Shown here one piece after another: positions 36,515 to 50,845 of a DNA stretch of 64,000 bases. The position numbers and the translations under genes were made by a program. The number at the start of each line of letters is the position of its first letter. The first letter of the stretch is position 1. Source of the stretch: Malacoraja senta (Eukaryota). Below the pieces are notes generated by a model. The model searched no databases. It was not told the origin of the DNA and saw only the letters and a program-made list of their open reading frames with translations. The stretch spans positions 11,534,001 through 11,598,000 of the forward strand of contig CM075990.1 of the NCBI GenBank assembly GCA_038087875.1, in the 5' to 3' direction.

Positions 36515-37284
36515 TCCTGGTGAATCCCCTTTGCACCTCCCCTCCAGCACATTCAGAGCCTTCTTTACAGTGAGATGATCAGAATTGTACACAAGACTCC
36601 AGGTGTAGCCTAACCAATGTTTGATAAAATTGTAAGACACTATCACTGGTTTTATATTCAATGCCCCTAGCTGCTGAAGGCAAGCGACCCATATGTCATG
36701 CATTATATGAGCCAAACAGGCCATTTTTCAAACTGTCGCACCACGTGCCTCTCTCCTGCTATTTATTACCTGCTATTATAGCGCTGCTGAGGGATTCAGT
36801 GGCATCACCCACAAAATACTGCAGTGATATACTTTTACTGGGAGCAGGTTATCTAAACATTGAGCCAGCGCAGATTGCTTTTATTGTTCTTTTTGTTGCT
36901 ACCAGGACTCCAAGATTTTAAAGGTCAACAACATTGCATTTTAGAAGTGGCGATACTTTCATCCTGGAGAACTTTGATGTATTGCTGATCTGCGGGAAGT
37001 GAATACTGTGTGTGTGAGCTCTCAATCTTATGGCCCGGTTAGAAAGAATTGTCAATGCTATGCTGACAGCTGTATTGCAAGGTGGGGAATGCCAAACTTA
37101 TATTGGTGTGAGACCCTTTGGAGACTATCCACCTGAAATGCTATACATAGTTCTGATCCTTTTACTTCAAAATAGAAAGGAGAATGTGCACAAGCTAAAA
37201 TTACCAGATTGTACTGGAGCTGAAAATTGTGCGTGACTGGGAGGATGGAACAAGCTGGACTGTTTTTCTCTCGACTTCTTTTTA

Positions 37285-37626
37285 AGAAAGCCACACAATC
37301 CTGGACACACACTCATCTCTCCGCTGCCTTCAGGTAGAAGGTACAGGAGCCTGAAATCTGCAACATCCAGGTTCAGGAACAGCTACTTCCCCCCCAGCCA
37401 TCAGACTATTAAACACAACTCAAACAAAAATCTGAACTTTAATAGCCTATTGCACATTATATGCTTATTATGTGTGTGTATATATATATATATTGGTATA
37501 TGGACACACTGATCTGTTCTGTATTTATTTATGCCTACAATATTCTGTTGTGCTGAAGCAAAGGAAGAATTTCATTGTCCTATCTGGGACACATGACAAT
37601 AAACTCTCTTGAATCTTGAATCTTGA
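37285..37626 (+). mobile_element. Rex1-type LINE 3' fragment
   Basis: cacaatcctggacacacactcatc...ggtacaggagcctg...gacaataaactctcttgaatcttgaatcttga. Confidence 0.8.
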
Positions 37627-37691
37627 GGTCTACAAAATTGCAAAAAGGTTCAATAGCTAGGAATAATATTGTTGCAATAGTTTGGCAGCAT

Positions 37692-38177
37692 GTTGGCACA
37701 GCGGTAGAGTTGCTGCCTTACAGCCCCGGGTTCGATCCTGACTACGGGAGCTGTCTGTATAGTGTTTGTACCTTCTCCTCATGACCTGCGTGGGTTTTCC
37801 CCGGGATCTCCGGTTTACTCCCACACTCCAAAGATCAATCAATCAATCAATCAAGCACTTTATTTGTCCCCAAGGGGCAATTTAAAGATGTACAGATTTG
37901 TATGTTGACACAAAAAGCTGGAGTAACTCAGCGGGTCACAGAGCTTCTCTGGAGGAAAGGATAGGTGACGTTTCGGGTCGAGACCCACTGAGTTACTACA
38001 GCCTTTTGTGTCTATCTTCGGTTCAAATCAACATCCTTCCTCCAGGTTTTTAGGTTAATTAGCTTTGGTAAAATTGTAAATTGTCCCTAAAGAGTGTAGG
38101 GTAGTGTGTGTACGGGATCGCTGGTCGGCATGGATTCGGTGGGCCAAAGGGCCGGTTTCCATGCTGTATCTCTAAAC

Positions 38178-38205
<28 letters not shown>
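37692..38205 (+). mobile_element. V-SINE/HE1-type SINE with a nested Penelope fold-back (about 37906-38042)
   Basis: SINE head, B box and (CTAAA)n tail, with inverted Penelope arms inside. Confidence 0.8.
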
Positions 38206-38208
<3 letters not shown>

Positions 38209-41200
38209 CTAATCTCTGATGCTTCTGTGGGAAATGTTCTTGTTCTCCCTGTGACGACATGGACTTCCTTTGCATATCCTGTTCCCGCTATCCCAAAGAC
38301 ATTTGGGTTGGTAAGATTAATGGCCACCATAAATTGCCACAAAGGTGTATCTAAGTGGTAGATTCCAGAGGGACAGTATAAGAGTGACGTGGATGGGTGT
38401 TTGATGGCTTGCATGGAATTGATGGGTTGAAGGATGTTTCCATGCCTGTGACTCCATGAATCTAAGAGATTGTGCTAATCCATCCAAGAGACCTAAATTT
38501 GAAATCTCCCCATCAGTGGGTAATGAGAGTGAAGAACTCACTCCCACACATAGATAAGTTACAAAGGTACATTTGATGAACTGAATAAACATGAGAGAGA
38601 AAGGAACAGAGAAATATGTTGCCAGGAAAAGATGAAGCTTAGTGTGAAGGAACAATGCCATGGATCAGTTGGCACAATGCCCTGCTTTTGTGTTGTAAAT
38701 TTTGTCACAAAGTGGATTTATACCCAATGAAGCATAAAGCACAAACTATGAGCACAAGTGTAGAAATGTGACATACATCCATTCATGCAAGCCTTGAAAC
38801 TGGACGTATTACATTTGTAAACATAAAATGCTGGAGTAACTCAGCGGGATAGGCAGCATCTCTGGATCGAAGGAATGGGTGACATTTCAGGGTGAGAACC
38901 TTCCAACACATGTATTCCTTTTGTGATGTACTGAACAGTCATTTTTCATGGGGTATAGTCATACCGATCAGAAATGAGCCCTGCAGCTCAACAAATCCAC
39001 AGCAAGGATCAAGCACCCATTTACATTATTCCGATTTTATTCCCCATACAATCCCACCGATCTGCACCCAGTGCCGGACTTAGATGAAGAGAGGCCCTAG
39101 GCTTTTCCACTTGTGAGGCCCCTCCCAATCCCTCACCCCCACGACTAGAGGAAGATGGAAGAGTCCACCAGATTGACACCGATTTGCAGCCGAGCGTGGC
39201 CAATGAGATAAGGGGCTGGAAAGCTGTGCTTTTATTTATTTATTTATTGCCAGTGCTAGTGTTGAGTTATCAGCTTAAAACACTGTTATTCTGAAATGGA
39301 GGGCAAGGAAAATTACTGAAGGGTTGTTTAGAGACTACAGTGCGTTGTGATAGCATATGTAAGAAAGGCCTATGAAAGTGTCAAAAATATTATACACTTG
39401 GCCGGAGGCCCCCTAGATTTCCAGGCCCTAGGCTTCAGCCTACGAAGCCTAATGGTAATCCGGCTCTGTCTGCACCACATTCACCCTTTCACCTGCAACC
39501 TGACTAGGGCAATTTACAGTGGTCAAATCAAGAGTGCTGTTTCTCAGTCGATTCTGCTGAAAGGAACTCACTTTTCGCAACGTAAGATGTATTTTCGGAG
39601 CTTGTTGTTTTTCATAAATGCATTTCCCTAAATAATATTCCTTGAACGTGATCTAGTGCTGGAATCAATGCAACCTAATAAATACAATTAAGAAGATTAA
39701 ACCAAGAGGTTGTGGAGAGTAATCTATTTGCCTCGAACTTTGAAACAGTTCAGAGCCAGTTTTCAGATTAGAAACATTGGCTAAAAAACAAACCTCACTG
39801 GATGATTTTGCCTGTTAATTACTTCAGTTAACAAATTAGTGGCAAATGATGTCAGAGCTGCTTCTCACACTGATTATGCATTAGGCAATTGGGGCCAAAA
39901 ACGTGGAAAACGAAAGATCAGATCACTCAAATCCACTCCCAGAGGAGCATAAACAAACTCACTGACCTCGTTTAATTTGCATTAAGTGTAGGAGGCTGAG
40001 AATGTTTCATTGAGGGCTGATTCACAAAATTCCTTTGAAAATAATCAATGTAAACCATGTATCAGGGCTTATGCATTCAGGTGACTGAGGATTTTCATCC
40101 CCTGCAAGGATTTGGTTTCTCCAGAATTTTATTTTTAAGAAACTTTTAAGTGCATCGCTTCTACTTGAAAACCACCCAATAAAACTAATTACACGAGAAG
40201 GTGGAGGTGGTGGTGAAGGAGGAGATGGAGATGAAGGTGGAGGTGGATATGATGGTGGGGGTGCAGATGAAGATGGAATTGGAGGTAGAGTTGGTGGTGG
40301 AGTTGGTCATCAAGGTTTCAAGGTCAGTTTATTGTCACATGTACCAATTAAGGTACAGTGAAATGTGTGTTACCATACAGCCATACTAATGTGAAAAGCA
40401 ACAAGACACACAGCCACATAAAAGTTAATATAAACAGCCATCACCGTGGATTCCACATCCCTCACTGTGATGGAAGGCAATAAAGTTCAATCTTCTTTCT
40501 CTTTGTTCTCCTGCAGTCGGGGCAGTCAAACCACCCGCAGTCGGGGCAATTAATCAATCGATCAATGAATCAATCGATCAATCCATTGATCAATCGATCA
40601 ATTAGCCAATCGATCAATCAATCAATCAATTGATTGATCAACCAATTAATCAAAAAGAAGCCATTTGACTGCCAGTAAGAGCCCATGGATTGAGTCATTA
40701 TCGTGCCGAGAAAATCCCTGAGTGAACACACGGTGCATTTTACAAGACAAGGTTACAGATTGAGAGCTGAAAGTAGGATTTGTTACGTGAGGTCCTTTGT
40801 GCCCAACGGACACGATGGGCTGGATGGTCTCCTACACCGTAAATGGCTTTTGTTCCGGCAATCCAAATTCCAGCAATGGCGGCAATTGCATTATCCCAGA
40901 ATAAAGCAATTTGAAATAACATAACGCAGAAATAAACATTGGTGTGCAATTATATTTTTGTGCGTAGTCTTCAATATGCAGCTGTGCAGAGTTATAGAGT
41001 TGTAGTTTCAGCACGGAAACAGGCCCTTCAACCCAATTTGCCCATGCCTTCACAACATCTAGTTCTTTGTAATGTTTGCAGTGTGCAGCATAGCAGGGCT
41101 TTAAGCACTGAATACACTGGTCAGTGCCCCTTTGTACGATCAGCTACTTTTCTATTGTTCAAAGTTTGAGTTTTAGTTAATTAAAATGCTCGAACTTATC

Positions 41201-41710
41201 AAATCTGTGAGAGGAATATCAAGAAAAAAAAACCAAAGATCATATTTCCAAAGATCTGAAATCATAAGAAATGCATCAGATCACGAAGCGGCATCCTCAC
41301 AATTCCTTAGGTTACATTTCAATTTATTTTTTTATTTGACAGCATACGAAAAGGGCTGTGGGCAGCATATTTCATCCGCGAGTGTAATGTGGTAAATGTC
41401 CACAGTGATGAGGTGGTTGTAACTCATTTCTGGGTTTATCACTCAAAAGGCGGGCTCGTGGATATAATTACCTTCTGTCATGGTGGGCTGAAGCAAACCT
41501 CTTTATGTACACTGGGATAGCCGAGACTGGAACTGTAAGAGTTCCTTCCAGTTCATTCAGCTCTTTCGCCTTCAGATAATTTATACTAGTTACAGACAAA
41601 ATGTGTAGGGAGGATATACAGATGCTGGTTTACACTCAAAGACAGACACAAAATGCTGGAGTAACTCAGGAGAACATGGATAGATGACATTTCGGGTCGG
41701 AACCCTTCTG

Positions 41711-41890
41711 ATGTATTCAAGAGAGAGTTAGATATACTGTAGCTCTTAGGACTAACGGAATCAAGGGATATGGGGAGAATGCAGGAACAGGGTACTGATT
41801 TTGGATGATCAGCCATGATCATATTGAATGGCAGTGCTGGCTCGAAGGGCTGAATGGCCTACTCCTGCACCTGTTTTCTATGTTTCTATG
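41711..41890 (+). mobile_element. CR1-type LINE 3' tail
   Basis: gatgatcagccatgatcatattgaatggc...ttctatgtttctatg. Confidence 0.8.
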
Positions 41891-43356
41891 CTCCTCTTGC
41901 CTTGACCATCATCTATCCCTCAACTAGCACCAAGTAAAGTCAAGTAAAGTTTTATTCGTCACTTGCACATAAATGTAATGTAAAGGGCTCTTCATCTAAA
42001 ATTAAGTTGTCAGCTTACTGCCCCTAGTCCAAGCAAGCAGACACACTTAGAAAAACAATTAGATGCTTAGAAAAACATTTTGATCACTTCGAAGAAGTAG
42101 TCCTCAGATCGTGCGGCAACAATGACCTACACTAGGAAGACAAGACAACGTTTTCTTCTCAGGGATAACGAAGATGTAGCTCGACTAGCTGGCCTCTGTT
42201 CCCCTACCTTGTTTAAGTAAACATAGTTGACTGTTTAGATTTCAGTTTAGGGCGTGGAAAGAAGCCCTTCAGCCCACCGAGTCTGCACCGACCAGCGATC
42301 CCCACACACTTATACTATCCTGCACATGAGGGACAATTTCCAATTTTATCAAATTTTATTTGTATTTTCATCAACAACTTTTGTTGTAGGTGTAAGTGTG
42401 GGTTGATTGAGTATATAAGTGCATGCTAAGCATGAGCTCACTGAACGTCTGCTTGGGTCATTGTCTGGAACAGAACCAGCACCCTCAAGCTCTCCAGCAC
42501 GTTGTCGTCGGGATTTACCGAGGTGCAGTTGAAGGGAGTGTGAGACTCATTCTCTTATTGCCTTTTATTGGTGTTTTAATAAATGTTTCACTTTTAATCT
42601 TGGATAGTTGAAGAGTTCTTTCTTCATCATTGATCCGAATCCTCAAAACCTGTTTGCATCATTTCATCACCACAGGCAAAATGTGGCACAAAGAATACAG
42701 TGAGGTACTGCGGAAGGCACAGAGGAAGGCTTTTACAGAATGAATTGTGTGGATGTAACTATCAGCAAGGATTAAACATGTTGAGGAGATGCAGCTGTAT
42801 TTCAGCAATATGGACTCCATCCAGACTTTAGAGTCAACCCTAAGTCAACGCCTCACTATTTCAAGCGTTCACGGCATCCAGGAATCCTTACAGCATCACC
42901 TCAGATAACAATGAACCTTTCTACATTTCCGCTTTGATCTGTCATTTTCACACCTTATCCTTCCATATCTTTAGACTCCTTCTCCCCTGATTCTCACTGC
43001 AGAAGAGTCTCGACCCAAAACAGCACCCTTTCCTTCTCTCCAGGGATGCTGCCTGTCCTGCTGAGTTACTCCAGCATTTTGTGTCTATCTTCAGTGTAAA
43101 CCAGCATCTGCAGTTCCTCCTTACACTATCGTTTCTATGTCACTATCAACAGTGACAACAAATTAACTAAACCTGGACCAAAACGTGGATAGTGTTCAAG
43201 AGCAGATTGCAAGACTTCCTTGGAATCAACAACATTAAAGAACATGGATAATTATAAGCAGGACCAAAATGGGATGTGGATCATAAGTGATAGGTCAAGC
43301 CATCTTTTGTCAGAGAGTACAGCATTTGGGATCAAACAATGAATGCTATCATGAGT

Positions 43357-43384
43357 CTGAAGAAGGGTCTCGATCCGAAACGTC
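43357..43384 (+). ncRNA. Minimal hammerhead ribozyme core in a Penelope pLTR
   Basis: CTGAAGA-AGGGTC TC GATCC-GAAA-CGTC. Confidence 0.55.
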
Positions 43385-43749
43385 ACCATTTCTTCAATCT
43401 AAAGATGCCACCTGTCCCGCTGAGTTACTCTAGCCCTTTGTGTCTATCTTCAATGCGATCATAATTTCTTGTCCTTAATGAATATTTCACTGAGATAATT
43501 TTAAATAAATTTCCAATACAAAAGCCCAAGCTTATGAAAGCTCAAATTCAAATTATAATTGTTGTTGTAAGAAGGAACTGCAGATGCTGGTTAGATGATG
43601 ACCATTAACTGGCCATTACTTTGATTAGCTGGTATCATGTTGTATTAATTTAGCGTTAACTCCAGAACTTAGCAGTTCACCAGCTGCTAATAGTGGAGTG
43701 ATTGAAATCGCTGGTAAATCCAGCATCCGCTCTATGATCTTTGGCCAGC

Positions 43750-44140
43750 AGCATAACCAAGGATGAGTCCCACCCTGGCCACTTCCTCTTCTCCCCTTTC
43801 CCATCAGGCAAAAGGTATAGAAGTGTGAAAACACACACCTCCAGATTCAGGGACAGTTTCTTCCCAGCTGTTATCAGGCAACTGAATTATCTTACCTCAA
43901 CCAGAGAGCAGTGCTGAACTACGATCTACCTCTTTGATGACCCTCGGACTATCTATGATCAAACTTTGATGACTTTACCTGCACTAAAAGTTATTCTTCT
44001 TTCATGTATCTATACACTGCAAATGGATCAATTGTAATCATGTATTGTCTTTCTGCTGGCTGGTTAGCACGCAACAACAAGCTTTTCACTGTACCTCGGT
44101 ACACGTGACAATAAACTGAACTGAAAATGAAACTGGAAAC
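43750..44140 (+). mobile_element. Rex1-type LINE 3' tail
   Basis: caccctggccacttcctcttctcccct...gattcagggacagtttcttccc...acacgtgacaataaactgaactgaa. Confidence 0.8.
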
Positions 44141-44520
44141 TGATCTAGGATGTGCAAGAGGCCAGAATGGGTGGAGAGCAAAGGTCTTGGCAGTCTCAGA
44201 GGTAGGGAGCTATAGGGGCGTGGGTAATTGGAAAAAAGGATGAGAACTTTGAGTTGTTAATTGTTCAGGAAGAATTGTGTCAGTGAGAAGGGGAGAAATG
44301 GGCTTGATGCTTACAGTTTTGCCTTGATTCCATGGTGGACTCTGCTTAATTTAGGCTAATGCTCTGGATACTTTATTGAGACTATTCAATATGTGTTGCA
44401 CAGTAATTAAGTAGGATTAGGTGGAACAAATGACGGAAACATGCTTCATGCCTTGTTACTTGCTTGTGCTTCATGGCGGTTTCTTAATCTCGCCCAATCA
44501 ACAACTCCTTGTGCTTCCTT

Positions 44521-44770
44521 AGATAGACACAAAAAGCTGGAGTAGATGCTGGTTTAAACCGAAGATAGACACAAAAAGCTGGAGTAACGGCAGGATCCAT
44601 GGAGAAAAGACATAGGTGACGTTACGGGTCGAGATCCTTCTTCAGACTCTGAAGAAGGGGCTCAACCCAAAACACACCTACTCCTTTTCTCCAGAGATGC
44701 TGTCTGACCCGCTGAATTACTCAAGCTTTTTGTGTCTATCTTCGGTTTAAACCAGCATCTGCAGTTCCTC
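44521..44770. mobile_element. Penelope-derived fold-back insertion whose end is split by Rex1
   Basis: Inverted arms. The left flank ctccttgtgcttcctt reappears as ctccttgtgttccttt at about 45507, after the Rex1 tail. Confidence 0.8.
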
Positions 44771-45501
44771 CCAAGAAGACCAAGGAGCTCATTGTAGACT
44801 TCAGGAAGTCTAGGGGCGGCACGCACACCCCCATCCACATTAACGGGACGGAGGTGGAACGTGTTTCCAGCTTCAGGTTCCTGGGGGTCAACATCTCCGA
44901 TGACCTCTCTTGGACCCACAATACCTCAACTCTGGTCAAGAAGGCTCACCAGCGTCTCTTCTTCCTGAGGAGACTAAAGAAGGTCTATCTGTCTCCTCAG
45001 ATTCTGGTGAACTTCTACCGCTGCACCATCGAGAGCATCCTTACCAACTGCATCACAGTATGGTATGGCAACTGCTCTATCTCCGACCGGAAAGCACTGC
45101 AGAGGGTGGTGAAAATTGCCCAACGCATCACCGGTTCCTCACTCCCCTTCATTGAGTCTGTCTGCGAAGGGCGCTCAGCATCGCCAAGGACTGCTCTCAC
45201 CCCAACCACAGACTGTTTACCCTCCTACCATCCGGGAGGCGCTACAGGTCTCTCCGTTGCCGGACCAGCAGGTCCAGGAACAGCTTCTTCCCTGTGGCTG
45301 TTACACTACTCAACACTGTACCTCGGTGACTGCCAATCACCCCCCCCCCCCCCCCCCCGGACACTCCTCCCACCAGGATTTATTAGATTGATTTATTTAT
45401 TGCTCATATTTATCTTGCTCTTCTAGGGAGATGCTAACTGCATTTCGTTGTCTCTGTACTGTACACTGTACAATGACAATAAAGTTGAATCTGAATCTGA
45501 A
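44771..45501 (+). mobile_element. Rex1/Babar-type LINE 3' fragment
   Basis: Peptide KTKELIVDFRK...ERVSSFRFLGVNISDDLSW...KAHQRLFFLRRLKK...FYRCTIESILTNCITVWYGN, and tail aataaagttgaatctgaatctga. Confidence 0.92.
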
Positions 45502-45734
45502 CACATCTCCTTGTGTTCCTTTCTCTCCTTGTCCAGCCTCTTCTCAAATGTCTCCTGACTGATCATTGGCCAATTCTTCATTATGAGTTCTGCATTCTCC
45601 CAACTCTCAGGAACTCATTTTAATCTGCTGCAAAAATCCACGATTATTACTATTTATTTATTCTCAGAATAGTTCAGAGTAATTTAAATCAGTTTTTTGG
45701 GTTTTGACTATTTGTTTGGAAGTTACTATTGTTC

Positions 45735-46030
45735 TTAGTTTCGTGCAGTTTAAAGATATAGCACAGAAACAGGCCCTTCGGCCCACCGAGTCCACACCGA
45801 TCTCCGCACATTAACACTACCCAACACACACTAGGGACAATTCACAATTATACAAAGCCAAATAACCTACAAACCTGTTCGTCTTTGAAGTGTGGGTGGA
45901 AACCGAAGATTTTGGAAAAATCCACGCAGGTGACGAGAACGTACAAACTCCGTACAGACAGCACCTGTGGTCAGGATCGAACCCGGGTCTCTGGCGCTGT
46001 AAGGCAGCAACTCTACCGTTACCCCACCAT
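45735..46030 (-). mobile_element. V-SINE/HE1-type SINE
   Basis: Matches the other copies. Confidence 0.85.
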
Positions 46031-47799
46031 GTTCTAGTTCCAACCTAGCTAGAACATATGCTTGGCATGTGTGTTAAAGTGACTGAAATATACAATTGTG
46101 GAAGAGAAAGAGAGAGGGAGATAGATAGAGAGAAACCAGCTGACCTGATGATCATTTAATTAACATTCTTTTTTGTTTTGTTTCAGACGACCAGCATCTG
46201 CCGCATTTTGCTCTTGCTGTAACTACCTTCACATTAATCTCTTTGCCATAGAAATAACAATGAAGATGTCATTTTGCAGTCCACACCAACCTGTATAATC
46301 AGTTCTAACTGGTCCATTGATTTATCTTCAATTATTCCAATTTTATTCCGAAGATCCTGAAACTCAGTTCTCTTCTTCATTGTGCTTGCCAGTGCAGTAT
46401 TAAGCTTGTGATTGAAGTAAACAGGAATCCTGGATCTTTCTCCATATGTTGTCGTGTTGTTGTACTGCAAGCTCTTTGGCATGAGAGTGCTTGCTTACCT
46501 GGCCCAGACCTCTGCTGCAAAATAGAATTGAATTCACATCTGAAAGTTACAGGTCAGTGGGTTAGATGCATTGTCAATTTGAATGCTCCCATCAATTTTC
46601 ATTTACCTCTGGAGAAGGAGGCAGGCGTCAGTGAGACTGTCCCTGGCTGTCTGTGATCGTTCAGCATGCCGATGTGGCGTTTTAGAGGTGGCTAATGGAT
46701 CAGCTGGGATTAATTCAATCTAAAATTATCACTGGATGTCCAGTTTTACCAAGAACTGGGAGCAAAAACAGAATAGAATGTATACCGCAGAAATAGCCCT
46801 TGCTGTCAGAGTGCTTCATGTATTCCGTATGCTTCCTCCCATCCAATTTCACCTAAAACATCTAATTCATTCTTGTTCGTATCTTTATCTAACATTAACG
46901 TAAATACATCTAAGCTAGTCCTTACATCTCGCTTCAGTTTCGCCAACAATGTTTAGCCGTGATTGACACGGATTGAGATGATTAAATAATTCAGAATCGC
47001 AACGATTTTACCGTGCGAGCGCACGTTGCCATTTTAAGTTTGGGATTCCAGGAGTGCGGTATCTTACATTTGTACCGTGGTTTATTTTAACCTGTATGGC
47101 CTTCACACACCTCTCTGCCATCCGTGTCAGATACGCTGTCTGTTTAGGATTGATAAAACCATTGTAGCCAATAATCTGCAAGGCGATGTCACTCTGCTGC
47201 TTCATTTAGCCCTGCCCCTCAATTTAAGGGCACACACTCTAATTACTGCGGTTCAAAGGTGGTTAATTGCTTTTGGATAGGTGAAGGGATTGCCAACTGC
47301 AGAGACCTGATATTGGGGCATGCTCTCAAGATAAAGTCACTAATTTTAGACTGAAATGTCATCACCCAGAAGTGTGGGAATCCTCCACAAGTCACTGAGG
47401 GCCTTGTGCCATAAGGGCTTTTGATCATTTAAGGGATGTAGGATCAGACCGTAATGTGTTTAGGTAAGGGATCAGCGATGAGAGTTGAAGCTTAATGGAC
47501 AAACACTTCTCCTGTTTCTTATGCTTTTGTTCAGAGATTGGCTTGGGAACATCCAATGTGGAATAGCTGCATCCTTTTATAGACATCAGGCACATTGCTG
47601 TCATAAATAGGTCAAGAGTGTGACACTTTAAAGCCAGACAAGCATTGACACAGGTTCACGTTAGTGAATTGATGGCCCCGTTTACAATCCCGTTGACCTG
47701 ACCACCAAAACCCTCACGCATCCACGGTTACTTATTAAGTTGAGGTCTTCTGCTGCATCAAGCATACACCTTATACTGACATTTCATAGCATCACTGAA

Positions 47800-48180
47800 A
47801 TATAGATCTTAAGCGATTGGAAAGGCTAGATGCAGGAAAAATGTTCCCGATGTTGGGGGGTCCAAAACCAGGGATCACAGTTTAAGAATTAGGGGTAGGC
47901 CATTTAGGACTGAGATAAGGAAAAACCTTTGCAGCCAGAAAGTTGTGAATCTGTGGAATTCTCTGCCACAGAAGGCGATGCAGGCCAATTCATTGGATGT
48001 ATTAAAGAGAGCATTAGATATAGCTCTTAGGGCTGACGGAATCAAGAGATAAGGGGAGAAAGCAGAAACGGGATACTGATTTTGAATGATCAGTCAAGAT
48101 CATATCGAATGGCAGTGCTGGCTCGAAGGGTAGAATGACCTATTCCTGCACCTACTGTCCATGTTCCTATGTTTCTATGT
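47800..48180 (+). mobile_element. CR1-type LINE 3' fragment
   Basis: Homologous to 3290-3680. Confidence 0.85.
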
Positions 48181-49281
48181 GTCTGTGTTTCATGGGCAGC
48201 ATGGTAGCACACCTAGTAGAGGTGCTACCTCACCACAAAGTACCAATACAATTCACTTCTTGCTTAATAAGTTATAAATTATGTAGGTAATAGAATGGAC
48301 CACCTTTCCTCTATTGTGATTCATCTTAATCCCAAACATGTAGCGGGCCTGGTTTTGTATTATGAAACAGTCTATCTTATTCTGGTACACTTTGACTTGT
48401 ATTTTACCACTTAGAACTTGGAACTGCCCCTGATGTTTGTGCAGCATATGAAGCCAACAAAATCCTTCCTTCTGCCTGTACATGATCCATGTCCCTCCAA
48501 TCCCTGCATATCCATGTGCTTATCTGAAAACCTCTGAAGAATTTCATTGTTCTATCTGGGACATATGACAATAAATCACTCTTCACTCTTAAACACTACT
48601 CTTGCATCTGCTTCTACCACCACCCTTGGCAGCATGTTCCAGGCACCCATCTCTCTCTGTCGAATAACCATCCTCTCCATATTTCCTTTAAACTTTTCCC
48701 TCTCACCTTCAAAACACATCTGCCACAGCTGCAATGCTTGATTCATATTTTATTCTCTCATGAAGATTTTTTTTTCTCTCATGAAGGAAGAACACATTGC
48801 ATTTGAGGTACCAGAGCTGGTTGAAATGTCTGGCGGTCAGTTGGACAAGTAAACATCTCTACAATGCATTATCCCTTCCAGGCCCTCTGAACTTCAAAAT
48901 GTGTTTCACCACCTCATTACCTCTGTTATAACATGATTTGCTGTTGTGAAGCATCTAAATGCAACGACTAATCTGGGCTCTGCAAGTTTCCCACTAAGAG
49001 CAATGAAATAAATCACTTGTGATATTGCCTAATAAATATCACTTCATTTCTATTCACTACAGTTTTCCATATTCTACTCTTATCCTTCCCATCATGTCTC
49101 TGCAGGAGGATTACATCGTAAACCTTGCTCAGAAGTTTGCTGCAAAACTTCTTGTGAATTTCCTATTAATTTCACATTTTACAGTCACCTGCCTAACAAT
49201 GATCTCAAACTGGAGCAGCGTATGAATGAAGAGCTCAGCGGCAATTGTCTAACCCATGAACACTCTGGGTGCCCTCAACTT

Positions 49282-49628
49282 GGGGTGGCACAGTGGCACA
49301 GCGGTAGAGTTGCTGCCTCACAGCACCAGAGACCCGGGTTCAATCCTGACCACGGGTACTGTATGTACGGAGTTTGTATGTTCTCCCTGTGACCGCGTGG
49401 GTTTTCTCCAGGTGCTCTGGTTTCCAAACACATTCCAAAGACGTACAGGTTTGTAAGTTAATTGGCTCCTGTAACTTATCCCCAACATGTAGGATAGAAC
49501 TAGTGTACTGCTGATCATTGGTCGGTGTGGACTCGGTGGACCGAAGGGCCTGTTTCCACGCTGTATCTCCAAACTAAACTAAACTAAACTGAACTAAACT
49601 AAACTGAACCAAACTAAACCAAACCTAA
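49282..49628 (+). mobile_element. V-SINE/HE1-type SINE with a long (CTAAA)n tail
   Basis: ggcacagtggcacagcggtagag...gggttcaatcc...aaactaaact repeats. Confidence 0.88.
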
Positions 49629-50434
49629 CTGGCAATAGTCTCACACTGTGGCAGTCTAAGAGCTCAAAGGCAATAGCCTAACCCATGGACCCTCCACTGA
49701 GACTCTCACCCACCCAAACTCGTTCCTCTAGGTCTGTTGCATGCTTTGAAAAAACTTTCATCAAGCTGCAAAAATTGATTTACCAGCAGTTATGTACATG
49801 GAAACCCATCATTCCATCACTCACAGAGACCCAGTAACTAGGGGAGAAATACTTCTCCGATTGCCAGCACAGAACACATACACGGGAATCACCAAAGATA
49901 GACACAAAATGCTGGAATAACTCAGTTGAGACTCAAAACATCATCCATTCCTTCTCTCGAGAGATGCTGCCTGTCCCACTGAGTAACTCCAGCACTTTAT
50001 GTCAATCTCTGGTGTAAACCAGCATCTGCAGTTCCTTCCTACACAGGAGACTCGCCCACCTGTTGTGTGCACCTCCAGAGACTTGCTTTGGGTGTGTTCA
50101 ATGAATTTCAACTCTGCGTTCACTCATTGTAATCACTTTCAGCACAGGCTACTCAGTTGGCTCTGCTTTGTCCAGTCCAAAGTGCCTGGTACATGGACAC
50201 TGGCACCACTGAGGGTATCATTAATTTTGTTGACATTTCCAGCATTGTCTAATATATTGGCTAACATTTATACTGTATTAGTGAGGGCCACCAATGGTCA
50301 GGTGGTTAAGTTCAACCAAGAGCCTGTTATGGTGTTTAATTTGGATGTTGGCGATTTAACATTGGTGGATTTGTGGAATTGTTCAGATGTCCCGGCCAAC
50401 ATTCATGTCATAGCCTTTGACTCTATTTAAACTC

Positions 50435-50845
50435 CACGCTGCCTCGGCAAGGCCACCAGGCCGCCATAATCAAGGGTGAGTCGCACCCCAGCCACTCCCT
50501 CATCTCCCCTTTCCCATCAGGCAAAAGATATAGAAGTGTGAAAACGCACACCTCCAGATTCAGGGACAGTTTCTTCTCAGCTGTTATCAGGCAACTGAAT
50601 CAACTGAACTGGAGAGCAGTCCTGAACTACTATCTACCTCATTGGAGACCCTTGGACTATCTTTGATCGGACTTTACGGCACTTTATCTTGCAATAAACA
50701 TTATTCACGATATTCCCGTTATCTTGTATATGTACACTGCGGATGTCTTGAATATAGTCTTTTTTTTCCCCGCTGACTGGTTAGCATGCAACAAAGACTT
50801 TTCACTCTACCTCGATACACATGACAATAAACTAAAATAAACTAA
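50435..50845 (+). mobile_element. Rex1-type LINE 3' tail
   Basis: Homologous to 43750-44140. Confidence 0.8.

Noticed and set aside
40199..40312. ORF MEVVVKEEMEMKVEV...
   Set aside because: It is a degenerate (GGTGGA)n low-complexity tract.
40548..40655. Quasi-palindromic ATCAATCGATC tract
   Set aside because: It is a degenerate (ATCA)n microsatellite with local inversions.
44854..45426. 190-aa ORF as a host gene
   Set aside because: It is the Rex1-type ORF C-terminus, frameshifted and followed by a LINE tail.
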